DNA of 61,944 nt, counting the filler. It is 16 parts of 16 records of this genome, joined end to end, with 100 filler letters (N's around TTAATTAATTAA, not from the genome) between each part and the next. Parts side by side here need not be neighbours in the genome. Positions count along the whole stretch, not along the records: positions 33,448 to 36,793 come from SRR7504441_135446; positions 36,894 to 40,487 come from SRR7504441_135547; positions 40,588 to 43,746 come from SRR7504441_135781; positions 43,847 to 47,425 come from SRR7504441_136170; 12 more parts are not named here. One strand, written 5' to 3'. The position numbers and the translations under genes are program-made. Within the stretch, counting starts at the first letter, position 1; each line of letters opens with the position of its first letter. The notes beneath the pieces were generated by a model. The model saw nothing but the letters and a program-made list of their open reading frames with translations, was not told where the DNA came from and searched no databases. Below, one piece after another: positions 33,448 through 43,861 of this stretch.

Positions 33448-35180
33448 GAGCTCATCCAGAAATTTCTGGCCGGGCTAGATGCCAACACGCCGTTATATCA
33501 CAAGCATACTGGGCTATGCAGCCGGTTTGACTCCCAACTGCCTGCGAGCCCGGCAGCTGTGCTGTACCCAGCTTCAGCAGCTTCCAAGTACAATCAATGC
33601 AAGGTAGGCACTCGACTGTTTGCGAATTTCACGGTGCAGAAGATGGTTGGACAAAGCATGATGAACGCGAGCTATTTAGCCGCACTCAAAGCAAACCTTA
33701 CCTCCGTTAGCCAGTTGCAGCAGTCCTTTGTCAAGGCCTTTGTCCCGCATTTCAGGGCAGGTCGCAAAATGTGCTGGGCGCTAATTTTAATTGTGGGTGT
33801 CGCAGGTCGGTTTGACAATGCTTCTGACCCCAGTCATCAATGGGCCAAGCTGGGAGCCGAGACAGTCAACTCCAGCGAGCACCAAGCTGTTGCAGCGCAT
33901 GCAGCAGAGCAGGCCTTGGTGCTGCTCAAAAACGATGACGCCTTCTTGCCTCTGCAGCAGCAGAAACACCGAATCGCAGTGCTTGGTCCTCAAGCAGTCA
34001 CGAAGATGGGCTTGTTTTCGACCTATAGTGGCGGCGATCGGGTGGGTACCTCTGTTAGGGTCCGTCGCATGACATGCTGGGTGCAGGATATGCAGTCGTG
34101 TTTTAACGCGTCCCGGGCATGCTACCCTGCGAGCTGTGGCTCAACGAGCTGCTTTCCTAGCATTGCCGCTGCTGTGGCCGAGCTGAATGGGCTCAATCAC
34201 ACGGCAGCGGCAAAGGGAGTAGAAATCAACAGCAACGATACCTCCCAAATCGCTGAAGCACTCAAGATCGCCAGGCAGGTTGACGTGATCGTTCTTTGTC
34301 TCGGAAATGATAAAACAGTTGAAACTGAAGGCAAGGATCGTATTAATACTGTGTTGCCCGGCCAGCAAGCCAAGTTTGCACGAATGGTCATTGATCTCGG
34401 AAAGCCCGTTCTCCTGGTGTTAGTGAACGGCGGCCAGATAGCAATAGATGAACTGGTGGTGGGACCAAAGGCGATCATTGAGGCCTTCAATCCAAACACA
34501 CAAGCAAAGGGCTTGGCTAAAGCAATTTTCGGCTTGGCAAACAAATGGGGGAAGTTGCCGTACACAATCTACCCTCGCGACTATATTGACCGAATTCGGG
34601 CGGATGACTACAATATGTCAGCCTGGCGCTCTGGCGCCTATTCAAGCCCGGGACGTAGCTACCGATTCTACACGGGCCGGGCGCTCTGGCCATTTGGTGA
34701 GTCAATCGTATTTGAAACAACCATGACTTGTGCTCTGCAGGCTACGGGCTGTCTTATACTACGATCGAGATACTTAGATGTTGGCTAAATGAGCAGTCAT
34801 CACAAGGTTGGCCAACACTAATGTGTCAGCTCCGGAATACTGGTCAGCGTGAAGGTGACCAAGTGCTTCAAGTGTTTGTGGCTCTGCCTGAAGACATCCG
34901 ATTGAAAGCGCCACACCCAACGCCCTTCAAGACACTTGTCAACTTCGAACGTGTCAGCTTGAAACCACAACAGAGCCAGACCGTCTCTTTTGGCTTGGGG
35001 AGAGAATCCTTTGAGGTGGTGAACGACGATGGCGAGAGAACCCTTTATCCAGGCGCAAAATACAAGATCGTCGCATCGATTGGTACCGGGATACATTTAG
35101 ATAAGATCTTATACTACGATATTAGTTTAGAGCTTACAAACCTTGTGAAAGTCAGGGAAATCCGACAGTATCAAGATTAA
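33448..35180 (+). CDS. Glycoside hydrolase family 3 (beta-xylosidase-like) with Fn3-like tail, 5'-truncated
   Basis: LVLLKND..LPL, ETEGKDR..LPGQQ, GKLPYTIYP, GRSYRFYTG..WPFG-YGLSYT, NTGQREGDQVLQVF. Confidence 0.92.
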
Positions 35181-35442
35181 ACATAATTTTAGTCCAGATT
35201 AAAAACTAAAATCAAGTGTTCACTATGATTAATTTTACGCATGAGTTTATTACATGACATTGTACATGTATGTCTTAATATGCCTAGTCGCGATCGTGAC
35301 GCTGATGATCGTCCCGCGGCTTTTGACAATCGTTATATTAATTTAAGTGTGGTCATCCGCTTTATGACCAGCTTAGTGATTTGAAGTCGTCCAGGTCTAG
35401 CAGCGTTTGAGGATCGACGTTATACCTGTCACGAAACAAATA

Positions 35443-36793
35443 TTAAGCGAATAGCCAGATGAAGCGAATCACCTCTCCAGCGCAGTCGCCATCGGACGCA
35501 GCTTCATTGCGCACGTTATGCCAAGGGCGGCAGTAAGCCGTGAGAAGCCTTCTTTCCTTAACTGCAACTCGTCTGAATAGATATCGGTCACGCGGCTCAG
35601 GCACCTTCCCAGCAAAAAGTCTGCCGTCGCCTGGTTCGCTATTTACCTGCACCGTTCTCATGAGGGTGGTTGAAGGCTCGAGTGACAATCACCAGAGATT
35701 TAAAAGTCTCCTGGATCTGCACATTATCTGGGTCTTGCAAGCGGTCCCGGCTAAGCTGCATGGCCCGCACTAGTAGCCACTGCAGACCGTCCACCTGCTC
35801 CGCATTGCGCCAAGCAGAGTGGTCGGGCGGTTGACCTCAAGGGGGTCGCTTGAATCCAAGTCCAGCTCAGTCAGAGCCTCAAGAAAGTCTCCCAGCCGGA
35901 AAGTGTCCTCGCATGCCAGAGCGACCTGTCACAGTTCCAGTGAGATCCTGCAGATAACCTGTGCGCCTGTGCAAACCCTCGCACTGCGTCTCCGCACAGC
36001 ACTGTGTTGCCGTTGCCGAGCTCGGACAGCACTTGCAGTGTGCACGGATCCGCATTGCTGGCAGCTTGAGAAGGGCTCTGTATTGGTGAAGCAGACACGC
36101 CAGATAAATTGGTGCATATGGGCCCGGGACTTGTCTGGGATCCGGTCCTGAAGGGAGTTGATGGCGGCAGCTGGTATCTGTCGTCGATCCCGTCTCCGTC
36201 ATCGTCGACGAATCCGCTCATCTCAGTGATCTCTTGCTCACTCAGGCCGTTTTCGAACACCTAACGGCGCTTTACCCGGGCCAATCACTGGGTGCGTCAC
36301 CTCTATGGTGCGATGAGTCAACAGCTTGAACTCGCCAAATGTTAATCGGGCCCATCTGCACAACCCACATGGCTAGAACCTACACCTAGGGCCACAGCAA
36401 GATACCCCTTGGATGCTAGTGACGCAACCAGCCGCTTAACGTCGTTATAACGCGCCTCGTCTTTGCCCGGGGCCTTGCCAGACTGGCTGGTGTCAGGCTT
36501 GATCCCCACCAACTCAGCAATCTTATGGAAATTATCCGCGAGCTGGCTCAGTTCAATTTCGCCTTTATGGTCGAGGTCGAGTTGTTCAAACAGAACCCGA
36601 AGCCTTTCGGCCGAGACTGGCTCCTGCTGTGTGCAAAGGAACTCGCTGAGCGATGGCATCCCGTCAGTCCCTACAGCGAATGCTCATGAGTCACATAAGC
36701 AAGGCTCACCCCCGAACTTGACGCCGAGTCGGTGAGAGGTGTCAACTGCTGCGGCCAACAGTGCCTGCAGCTGCGGACAGAGCGTCCCGTCTA
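35443..36793 (-). CDS. Hypothetical EF-hand-containing protein, spliced, 5'-truncated
   Basis: LFEQLDLDHKGEIELSQL; DDDGDGIDD; GT-AG introns link the ORFs. Confidence 0.55.
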
Positions 36794-37395
36794 NNNNNNN
36801 NNNNNNNNNNNNNNNNNNNNNNNNNNNNNNNNNNNNNTTAATTAATTAANNNNNNNNNNNNNNNNNNNNNNNNNNNNNNNNNNNNNNNNNNNNCAACTCG
36901 GTAAGCAACCACCCGGCACTACCTTGGGGGTTTTAATTAATAACACAAACTTTGTGATACGGTGCAGTTCGTGAGCTGGCAAGGAGTTGGCCCCTTTTAA
37001 AGAAGAGCACGTAATTGCATGTCACTACGATGGGGCTCTTCGCGACCCAACAACTACAGCTGTACACGCGCTAAATAATTTTATCTGCGCGAGCGTACAC
37101 GTATGTCTACACGTATGTCGTTTCCTCTGTAACACTGTTTTTGGTGGAGCCAGCAGATGCAATGCAGTGCATGGAAGCGCTCCCAAATGAAATGTCCTGG
37201 AAATCAATCAAGCCCTAGCGGCTTGACAATTATTTAATTAACAATTATTATTTCCTTAAATACTACTTAAATCTACCGGCTTCAGTAAATACCGCCCTAC
37301 TTAAGTCTTTAGAAGTCTTACCTACGGCCCACGAGCACAGAGCTTAGAAGTACCGCCATCACCCAGAGCTTGAGTATAGACCAGTGCTGAATTAA

Positions 37396-38981
37396 TTAAG
37401 CTCTGTTCCGACCCGAAGTCCGGGGCAAGCGCTGCTCAAACTCGTCTTTCCAAACCTTCTCATACGGGATTCCGGAGAGCTGTTGGAGCATCGAGAGCGA
37501 CTCCGGCTGCAGCTCGGCCGCCCCGGGGGCTTTCTGTGTCAGGATCACCCGATTGAGCTTATCTGTGGTGGTGAAACTCTCCAAGTGCCGGAAGCATCTC
37601 ATACACTTCCGCATGGTGCCGTAGCTCACCATATCGTGAACAACCCATGTGTTGATCACTAGGAACCCCGACGGCCGTAGCAGCAGCTCCGCGGCCTCTA
37701 CCAGCTCCTCCGTGATGAAATCGATTGGTACGCCGTCGTTATCGAACGCGTCAATGAAGATCATATTGTACGTTTCGCGCCCGCCCGCAGCAGCCGCATC
37801 GATGATAAACTTTTGTCCGTCAGCCACGTGAAGCTGGAGCGATCCAGCGAGCTCAAGCTCGGCGCACCCGAAGAAGTCGTGTGCCATTCTGACCACGACT
37901 GGGTCCAACTCGACCACGTCGACTGAGAAATGCTCAAACAGCGTGAGAATGAACCGGGGCATCACCGCTCCGCCAAGCCCAATCATGAGAGCATTCGAGC
38001 CCGCTTGTTGGATCTGGCTTTCCTGACAGTAGCTGCCGGTGCACGATCAGGCCCGATGGGGCGGCTGCTCGCACCCGAAGACCATCATCATGGTCTTGCA
38101 GTAACCGTCCAGCCTAGAGAAGTCCGGAGGCTGCTTTAGCATCCCCTGCCACTAACTGAGCTAATCATGCGCCGATTCACTCGCCTTGGGGACTGCAGTC
38201 TGCACGCTAGGCTCGCTGCCTTGCACGTTGTCCACAAATCTGAGCTCGAGCCCTTCGTCCACTCTGTGCACCTCCACAGCGAGTTAGCGCTTGATCAGAA
38301 CCAGCAAGCGGCACCTCGACCGTGTACCCCCCCACCGCCGACTTTTCCTTGGCCACCACCACAGAGTGCAGCCCTGCGCCCTCGGTGCAGTGCGCCGGCA
38401 GCTTTGTCAGCTCCGCCACCACGTGCGCCGCCACCTTGGAAGGGGACCCGGCCTGCCCCCCTCCTGACGCCGCGCAGCCGGCTCAGTCTCACACCGGGGC
38501 CGTTTCCCGCACTGCGTGCCTGCACTCGCCCAGGGCCGCGACCACCACTTCGACGTCGCTCCCACGGTTCATCAGCGCCGAGATGTCCGCCATTATGAAC
38601 ACGTTGTGCTTGTGTGCGGAGAGCAGTTGAAGGTGGTCGACCGAGTCTGCCGGCGGGGCTCGGCCGGACCCTCCCCCCTGCGGCCACCGTCGGGCTCGTG
38701 AGGCGGGATGTGGGTCGGTGGCAGCATCGGGAGCACCCTGTCGCTCACCTGGCGCCCCGTTCTCCCAGGACCGGCAGGTCACCCACCTTGCTGATCCAGC
38801 GCTGCCTCTTGCTCGGGTCAGTGAGCCGCGGCTCGACATCGACCAGCTGCCCGCTGCTCAGAGCGGGCAGGCCCGTGGGCAAGACCTTATCTGCCAGGCC
38901 GGAGAGCCAGCGGGGGCACTGCTCGGTAAGGACCTGGTTCTGCTCGCATCTTATCGCTTCCAGCCTCGCCAGGTCCCCCAT
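37396..38981 (-). CDS. Spermidine-synthase-like SAM-dependent methyltransferase (METTL13 C-domain-like) with N-terminal extension
   Basis: ALMIGLGGAVMP, VDVVELDPVVVRMAHDFFG, VADG, IFIDAFD, LRPSGFLVIN; several introns including GC-AG 38146-38184. Confidence 0.82.
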
Positions 38982-39436
38982 CCTGCCCTCAGCCACTCGC
39001 GGCCCGGTACCCCCGCCGCGGACCTGTGCGTCTGGCGCCACCGCCTCTGCTGCTCCAGCAGCAGCCCACGCTCTACCAGCCGGCGTCCCGTCGCGATCGA
39101 TCTGTCGCCGCAGCCCAGCGCTGCGTTCGAGTCTTCGAGAGCCTTCCAACCACTTCGAAACAAGAAATGGACGGAGAAATAAACAATGACAAGAAATGCG
39201 AGTGCATTAAAATCATACTTTTACGACTTTTACCGAAGTTGTCTAGTATAGACCGGAGACCCTACGGCCGTATAGCGCACAGGTGGAGTCTGATTCTATA
39301 TCAGAAAATACCGAAGTACAAAGACTATAGATATACCGGTACAATGCGTACAATGTCATAATACCGGTACGAGTATTGCATGTAAGCTTATTGATTCCAA
39401 GGGGCAGCCGTTTGCTCACGCCGATCACGCTGGTTG

Positions 39437-40487
39437 TCAAGTTATCAGCCGGAAGGATAGCGTGAACGCCCGCACGCCCATGCCGTAGAGGACGTAGCCG
39501 CTCGTGTTCCCGGTGCTCACTAGACTCGTATAGCTGGTCGACAGCCGCGGGAACCGGCGCGAATTATTGGTGGCGTCGGGTGGAAAGCTCCAGTTGGCGT
39601 TGGTGTTGGCCAAGTTATGCCAGTAGCTCACCGAATAAGCCTGCCAATACTCACCGTCCCCATCCGCGTTGAGCCAGACCAGCACATCCCGTGATAACGG
39701 GTTGGGCCGGCCGCCCGAGAGCACCAGGCTGTTGCCGAGGGCCATCAGCCGAGGGCGCACACAGCCAGGGCCGTTAATTCCGCCGCTGCCCTCGCCACGG
39801 AGCGATCGGAGGCTGTGCCATGTTGAGCCATGGTCATCAGAGAGCTTTGAGATGTAAGGCGAGTAAGCTCCCGACTGGCCTTGCACACGCATCACCGCGA
39901 TGACGGTGCCGTTGCGCAGCACTGCCAGTGTGCCCTCGCTGGGCCCCTCGGCGGCGTACGGCACCTCAGCGGCGCTGGCTACCACCGAAGCAAACTGCCA
40001 GTGGAACCCTCCATCGGTCGAGCGGAAGGCCACGCACGAGAGCTTGGCGGGCCCAGTAGCGAGTATCGATTTGGCCACGCCGAGCATGCTACCATCGGGC
40101 AGCGTGAGGAAGTCTCCGCTGAAGCCGAACATCCGCAGCTGAGGCAGCCCTGAGATTCCGGCCCCCGGCCCGAGCTGCCGCCTAAACTGGCCGGTGCTGT
40201 CCACCATGAAGCCAGTGGACGAGCCGCCCTGCAGCCCAGTCAGGTTGGTCTTGCTGCCCACTGTCTCGTTCATCGGGCCGAGAGTATGAAAACCCGCAGA
40301 ACCTAGCCGATGGACCGCATCGCCGGTCTTGGCGTCGCAGTCCGCGCACGAGTCGTTGAAAACCAGCGTGTCCCAGCTCCGCCCGCCGTCCCGGCTGGCG
40401 ATCAAATGGTCCTCGGCCCAACCGAGCGCGTCCAGCCGTGGCAGGAGCGCATCCAGTCGGGCGGCCACGGAGAGCCGCCGGTCGAGC
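39437..40487 (-). CDS. Sialidase/BNR (Asp-box) beta-propeller protein, intronless, 5'-truncated
   Basis: Asp-boxes SRDGGRSW, STDGGFHW, SDDHGSTW; TSYTSL near the C-terminus. Confidence 0.8.
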
Positions 40488-40587
40488 NNNNNNNNNNNNN
40501 NNNNNNNNNNNNNNNNNNNNNNNNNNNNNNNTTAATTAATTAANNNNNNNNNNNNNNNNNNNNNNNNNNNNNNNNNNNNNNNNNNNN

Positions 40588-41504
40588 CCGGCAACCTTGA
40601 GTTTGAGCTTGGCCGCGACCACCACCGAGACCCCGCAGGCCAGGCATGCGTCTAGCACTCCACACTCGTGCGCATCGTGATTGAGTAGAGAGTACATGTT
40701 GGCACAGAGCAGAAAGTCGACTCCACGCTCCTCACCGGGCAGCTCATAGAGCAACTCCCGGACGTAACGGTCGTTCCAGTCCCGCTTGACCGCCTTGTCC
40801 TCCCCGTCCTCGTCGCTGTTCACGCCGGCGCCAAACGCCCGGATCTTGCCCTCTGCTCGTAGCCGCTGCAGCGTCGCAAACCCGCTCGCCCGGAGTTCTC
40901 CCAGATGCTGCTCAGCCTCGGCGACGCCGTTGGATTGATCGGTGATGTGCGCGGTGGGCTCGAGGTCGTGGATGACCAGCGATTCGACCCGGCCGAGCCC
41001 GGTCCGCTGCAAGCTGTCCTCGAGCTGCCGTTGGAGCGCCGGGCCGGTATAGTCAAACTGGATCCCGAAGTGGTACCCGCCGATCCACCCGACCTTGGTC
41101 CCGTTGCGCGCCTCGGGGTCCGGAACCAGAAACCGGCCCACCTTGGTCTGCACTGTGAACGAGTCCCTGGCCAGCCGATGGAGAGCCAGCCCAAATCTGG
41201 CCTCGCTCAGCCCAACGCCATACCACGGACTGGTATCGAAGAAAGAGACGCCCAGCCGATGGGCAAGCTCGATGGTCCCCAGCGCTTGCTGGTCGGACAC
41301 GTGCTCGTACAAGTCGCCCAGCGGAGCCCCGCCCTGCCCCAGCACCGGCACCCGCAGCGACGAACGGCCCACTTGCCGGAGCCGCTTGTGACGGTCGCGG
41401 TTATCGGGCAGCCGGGCCCGGATCAGGGATACGGCGGCGGCCGCGAGCAGTGCTGGGGGCAGGAGCTGGACGAGCCTTCCGACGCGGGACTGCTCCGAGG
41501 ACAT
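40588..41504 (-). CDS. Aldo/keto reductase, L-fucose/D-threo-aldose dehydrogenase-like, 3'-truncated
   Basis: LGQGGAPLGDLY, FFDTSPWYGVGLSE, TKVGR, FDYT, SLQRTG..IHD, YSLL. Confidence 0.88.
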
Positions 41505-41728
41505 GGCCTCAAGGTCTGTCGACACCCGAGATGACTTGGACCTAAGGTCTGTCTCCTCCCAGCTGCTCCTCCCAGACCGGTCTGCGTGCCGTTAAAAATT
41601 TACGTACTGCACTGCGATGTGCTACCACCGTACGAGTGTACCACCATTCAGGCGTGTGCGGTTCTATGTGCCAGGCCTGCGCAAATCTTGAGCAAATCCT
41701 TATCATTACATTGTATAGGTAGTCAAGT

Positions 41729-42937
41729 CTAAAGTTCACTCTTCTCGGTTCTATCTGAAGGTAGAGCCACATACCCCGGTTCCAATGTCAGCGGGCCCTT
41801 GACGAACAGCAGCCAACCTTGCACCAGATTGCCCATCCATTCGCGCTCAGCCTCCCCGAGCGACCGTCCAAACGGGTTCTCAACCAATCCACTCAAGTAC
41901 AGCTGGTGGTTACCCCAGTCCGGCGTAATATCTTGTCCCGCCGGTTGACGAAACACCCCGTCTACATGCTTGAGCCACCCCCACACTTTCCACAAGAAGC
42001 ACGACCGGCCAAACACTCTCCACTCGCGGCTCAGTCGGAACTGCTGCTCGGTGAGCTCAAGCGTCTCAACGAGGAATCCGCCCTGGACCACCCTCCCAGT
42101 CATCACTCCGCCCGCTCCCCAGAACGGCAGCGAAAACAGCACAAAAGGGAGCGGTGCGCCAGTCCAGAGTGCCAGTCCAGTCCAGAGTGCGACGAACCCG
42201 TTCCAAAAGAGCGCAAACCCCCCGAGGGCCAGCACATCTGAGGCGAGCCAAGGGGGAGGGATGGTGAACACCAGGGAAAACAACCGGCTGCCTCGGGGCG
42301 TCTCCTTAAAATGGCTGTCCACAGTCACTAGGCTGCCCCGGGGCGGCGGCCCCGGCTCCTGGGTCCAGTCTATCGGTTTGATCCCCGGTGCCGCCGGTAC
42401 CAGCGGGTTGACATCGCCTCGCCATACCAGCGGGGTCCTGGGCATGCCCCGCGAGACGCCGTGATGCATACCGAAAAACCAGGACGCCCCGACGAACAGA
42501 ATCACGGCAGCACTGGAAAAGGCGGCTGGCAGGATCCAGCGCAGTGCCCCCGGCAGCCCGCGGGGCCGGGGCACTGGTGGGGCGGCTGGTGCGGCGGTCG
42601 GCTGTTCTCTGGAAGGCCAGCCGGCCGGGGTGCGGGCGGGGTGCTCGTCCAGCCAGGCAGCCACGGCCTTGCGCTTGTCCCAGTTGGTGATGAGCGTGCT
42701 GTCGGCCAGCGGGGTGTTGCTGTTGGGGTCGATGTACGGATTGGGTTGGCCTGCCCTGGACTGCCAGTAGCGCTCGATGGCGGCCCGATCGTAGGTGTGC
42801 CCGGACAGGTTGACCACCGGATCCCGATACATGATTCCTGTGACAGGGCAAAGCAGCGCGTCGGGCTCCACCGGTGCCTCAGCCTCCACCGGTGCCTCGG
42901 CCTCAGCACGGGCCGGCGCTGAAGCCTCCGTCACCAT
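41729..42937 (-). CDS. U-box E3 ligase with membrane-embedded C-terminal domain, intronless
   Basis: LLCPVTGIMYRDPVVNLSGHTYDRAAIERYW..DPNSNTPL..LITNW; three TM segments. The true start is likely ATG 42937; the longer ORF is antisense to the HMG gene. Confidence 0.85.
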   Translation of the reverse strand: MVTEASAPARAEAEAPVEAEAPVEPDALLCPVTGIMYRDPVVNLSGHTYDRAAIERYWQSRAGQPNPYIDPNSNTPLADSTLITNWDKRKAVAAWLDEHPARTPAGWPSREQPTAAPAAPPVPRPRGLPGALRWILPAAFSSAAVILFVGASWFFGMHHGVSRGMPRTPLVWRGDVNPLVPAAPGIKPIDWTQEPGPPPRGSLVTVDSHFKETPRGSRLFSLVFTIPPPWLASDVLALGGFALFWNGFVALWTGLALWTGAPLPFVLFSLPFWGAGGVMTGRVVQGGFLVETLELTEQQFRLSREWRVFGRSCFLWKVWGWLKHVDGVFRQPAGQDITPDWGNHQLYLSGLVENPFGRSLGEAEREWMGNLVQGWLLFVKGPLTLEPGYVALPSDRTEKSEL

Positions 42938-43000
42938 CGCCCGGTCACCACAGAGGTCACGGAGATCCAGCAACGGAAGGAGCTGAGGATTCAACAAAGC

Positions 43001-43746
43001 ATGCCCGGCCAGAAGCGCAGCAGGCAGCAGGCCGAGGCGCCCAAGAAGCAGCGACGGGTCCGGCGGAAGAAGGACCCGACCGCGCCCAAGAAACCGCTGA
43101 GTTCGTTCGTGCTGTTCTCCCAGGAGATGCGGAGCAAGCTGACCAGCAAGCACCCGGAGATGGGCTTCACCCAGGTTGGGGTCGAGCTGGGAAAGCTGTG
43201 GAAGGCTCAGACCAACCGGACCAAGTGGGACAAGCAGGCCGAGAAGGACAAGCAGCGGTACTCGCGCCAGATGGAGAGCTACGTGCCCGACCCTGTCTTC
43301 CTCCAGCAGCAGGCCAGCAAGGGCAAACGGCTCAAGAAGGACCCGGCCAAGCCCAAGCGGAGCAAGTCGGCCTATCTGATCTTCTGCGACAGGCACCGGC
43401 CGGGGCTCCAGAAGCGGCACGCCGATAAGAAGATGGTCGACCTGGCCAAAGTGCTTGCCGACATGTGGCGGAAGGCCTCCGCAAAGGAGAAGGATCAGTG
43501 CGAGAAGCAGGCCGCCAAGGAGAAGGCCGCGTACCAGAAGCAGCTCGAGAGCTACGTCCCCAGCGCCGAGTACCTGGCCGCGATCGAGGCCAAGAAGCAG
43601 CAGAAGGAGGACGACGCGAACGTCAAGAAGAAGCAGAAGGAAAAGTTGAAGAAGGCCAAGGATAAGGTCAAGGAACTCAACTCGCAGATCGGAGCGATCG
43701 AGAAGAAGATGGTGGCCGCGGCCAAGCTCAAACTCAAGGTTGCCGG
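43001..43746 (+). CDS. Tandem HMG-box protein, 3'-truncated
   Basis: KKDPTAPKKPLSSFVLF..LGKLWK and KKDPAKPKRSKSAYLIF..LADMWR. Confidence 0.92.
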
Positions 43747-43861
43747 NNNNNNNNNNNNNNNNNNNNNNNNNNNNNNNNNNNNNNNNNNNNTTAATTAATT
43801 AANNNNNNNNNNNNNNNNNNNNNNNNNNNNNNNNNNNNNNNNNNNNCTCCGGCCATGGTTT

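Larger units (their letters stand above)
40588..43746. repeat. 30-bp perfect inverted repeat at both contig ends (40588-40617 and 43717-43746)
   Basis: CCGGCAACCTTGAGTTTGAGCTTGGCCGCG and its reverse complement. Confidence 0.9.

Noticed and set aside
37095-37119. 12-bp tandem duplication TACACGTATGTC
   Set aside because: Two copies only; ordinary slippage in intergenic DNA.
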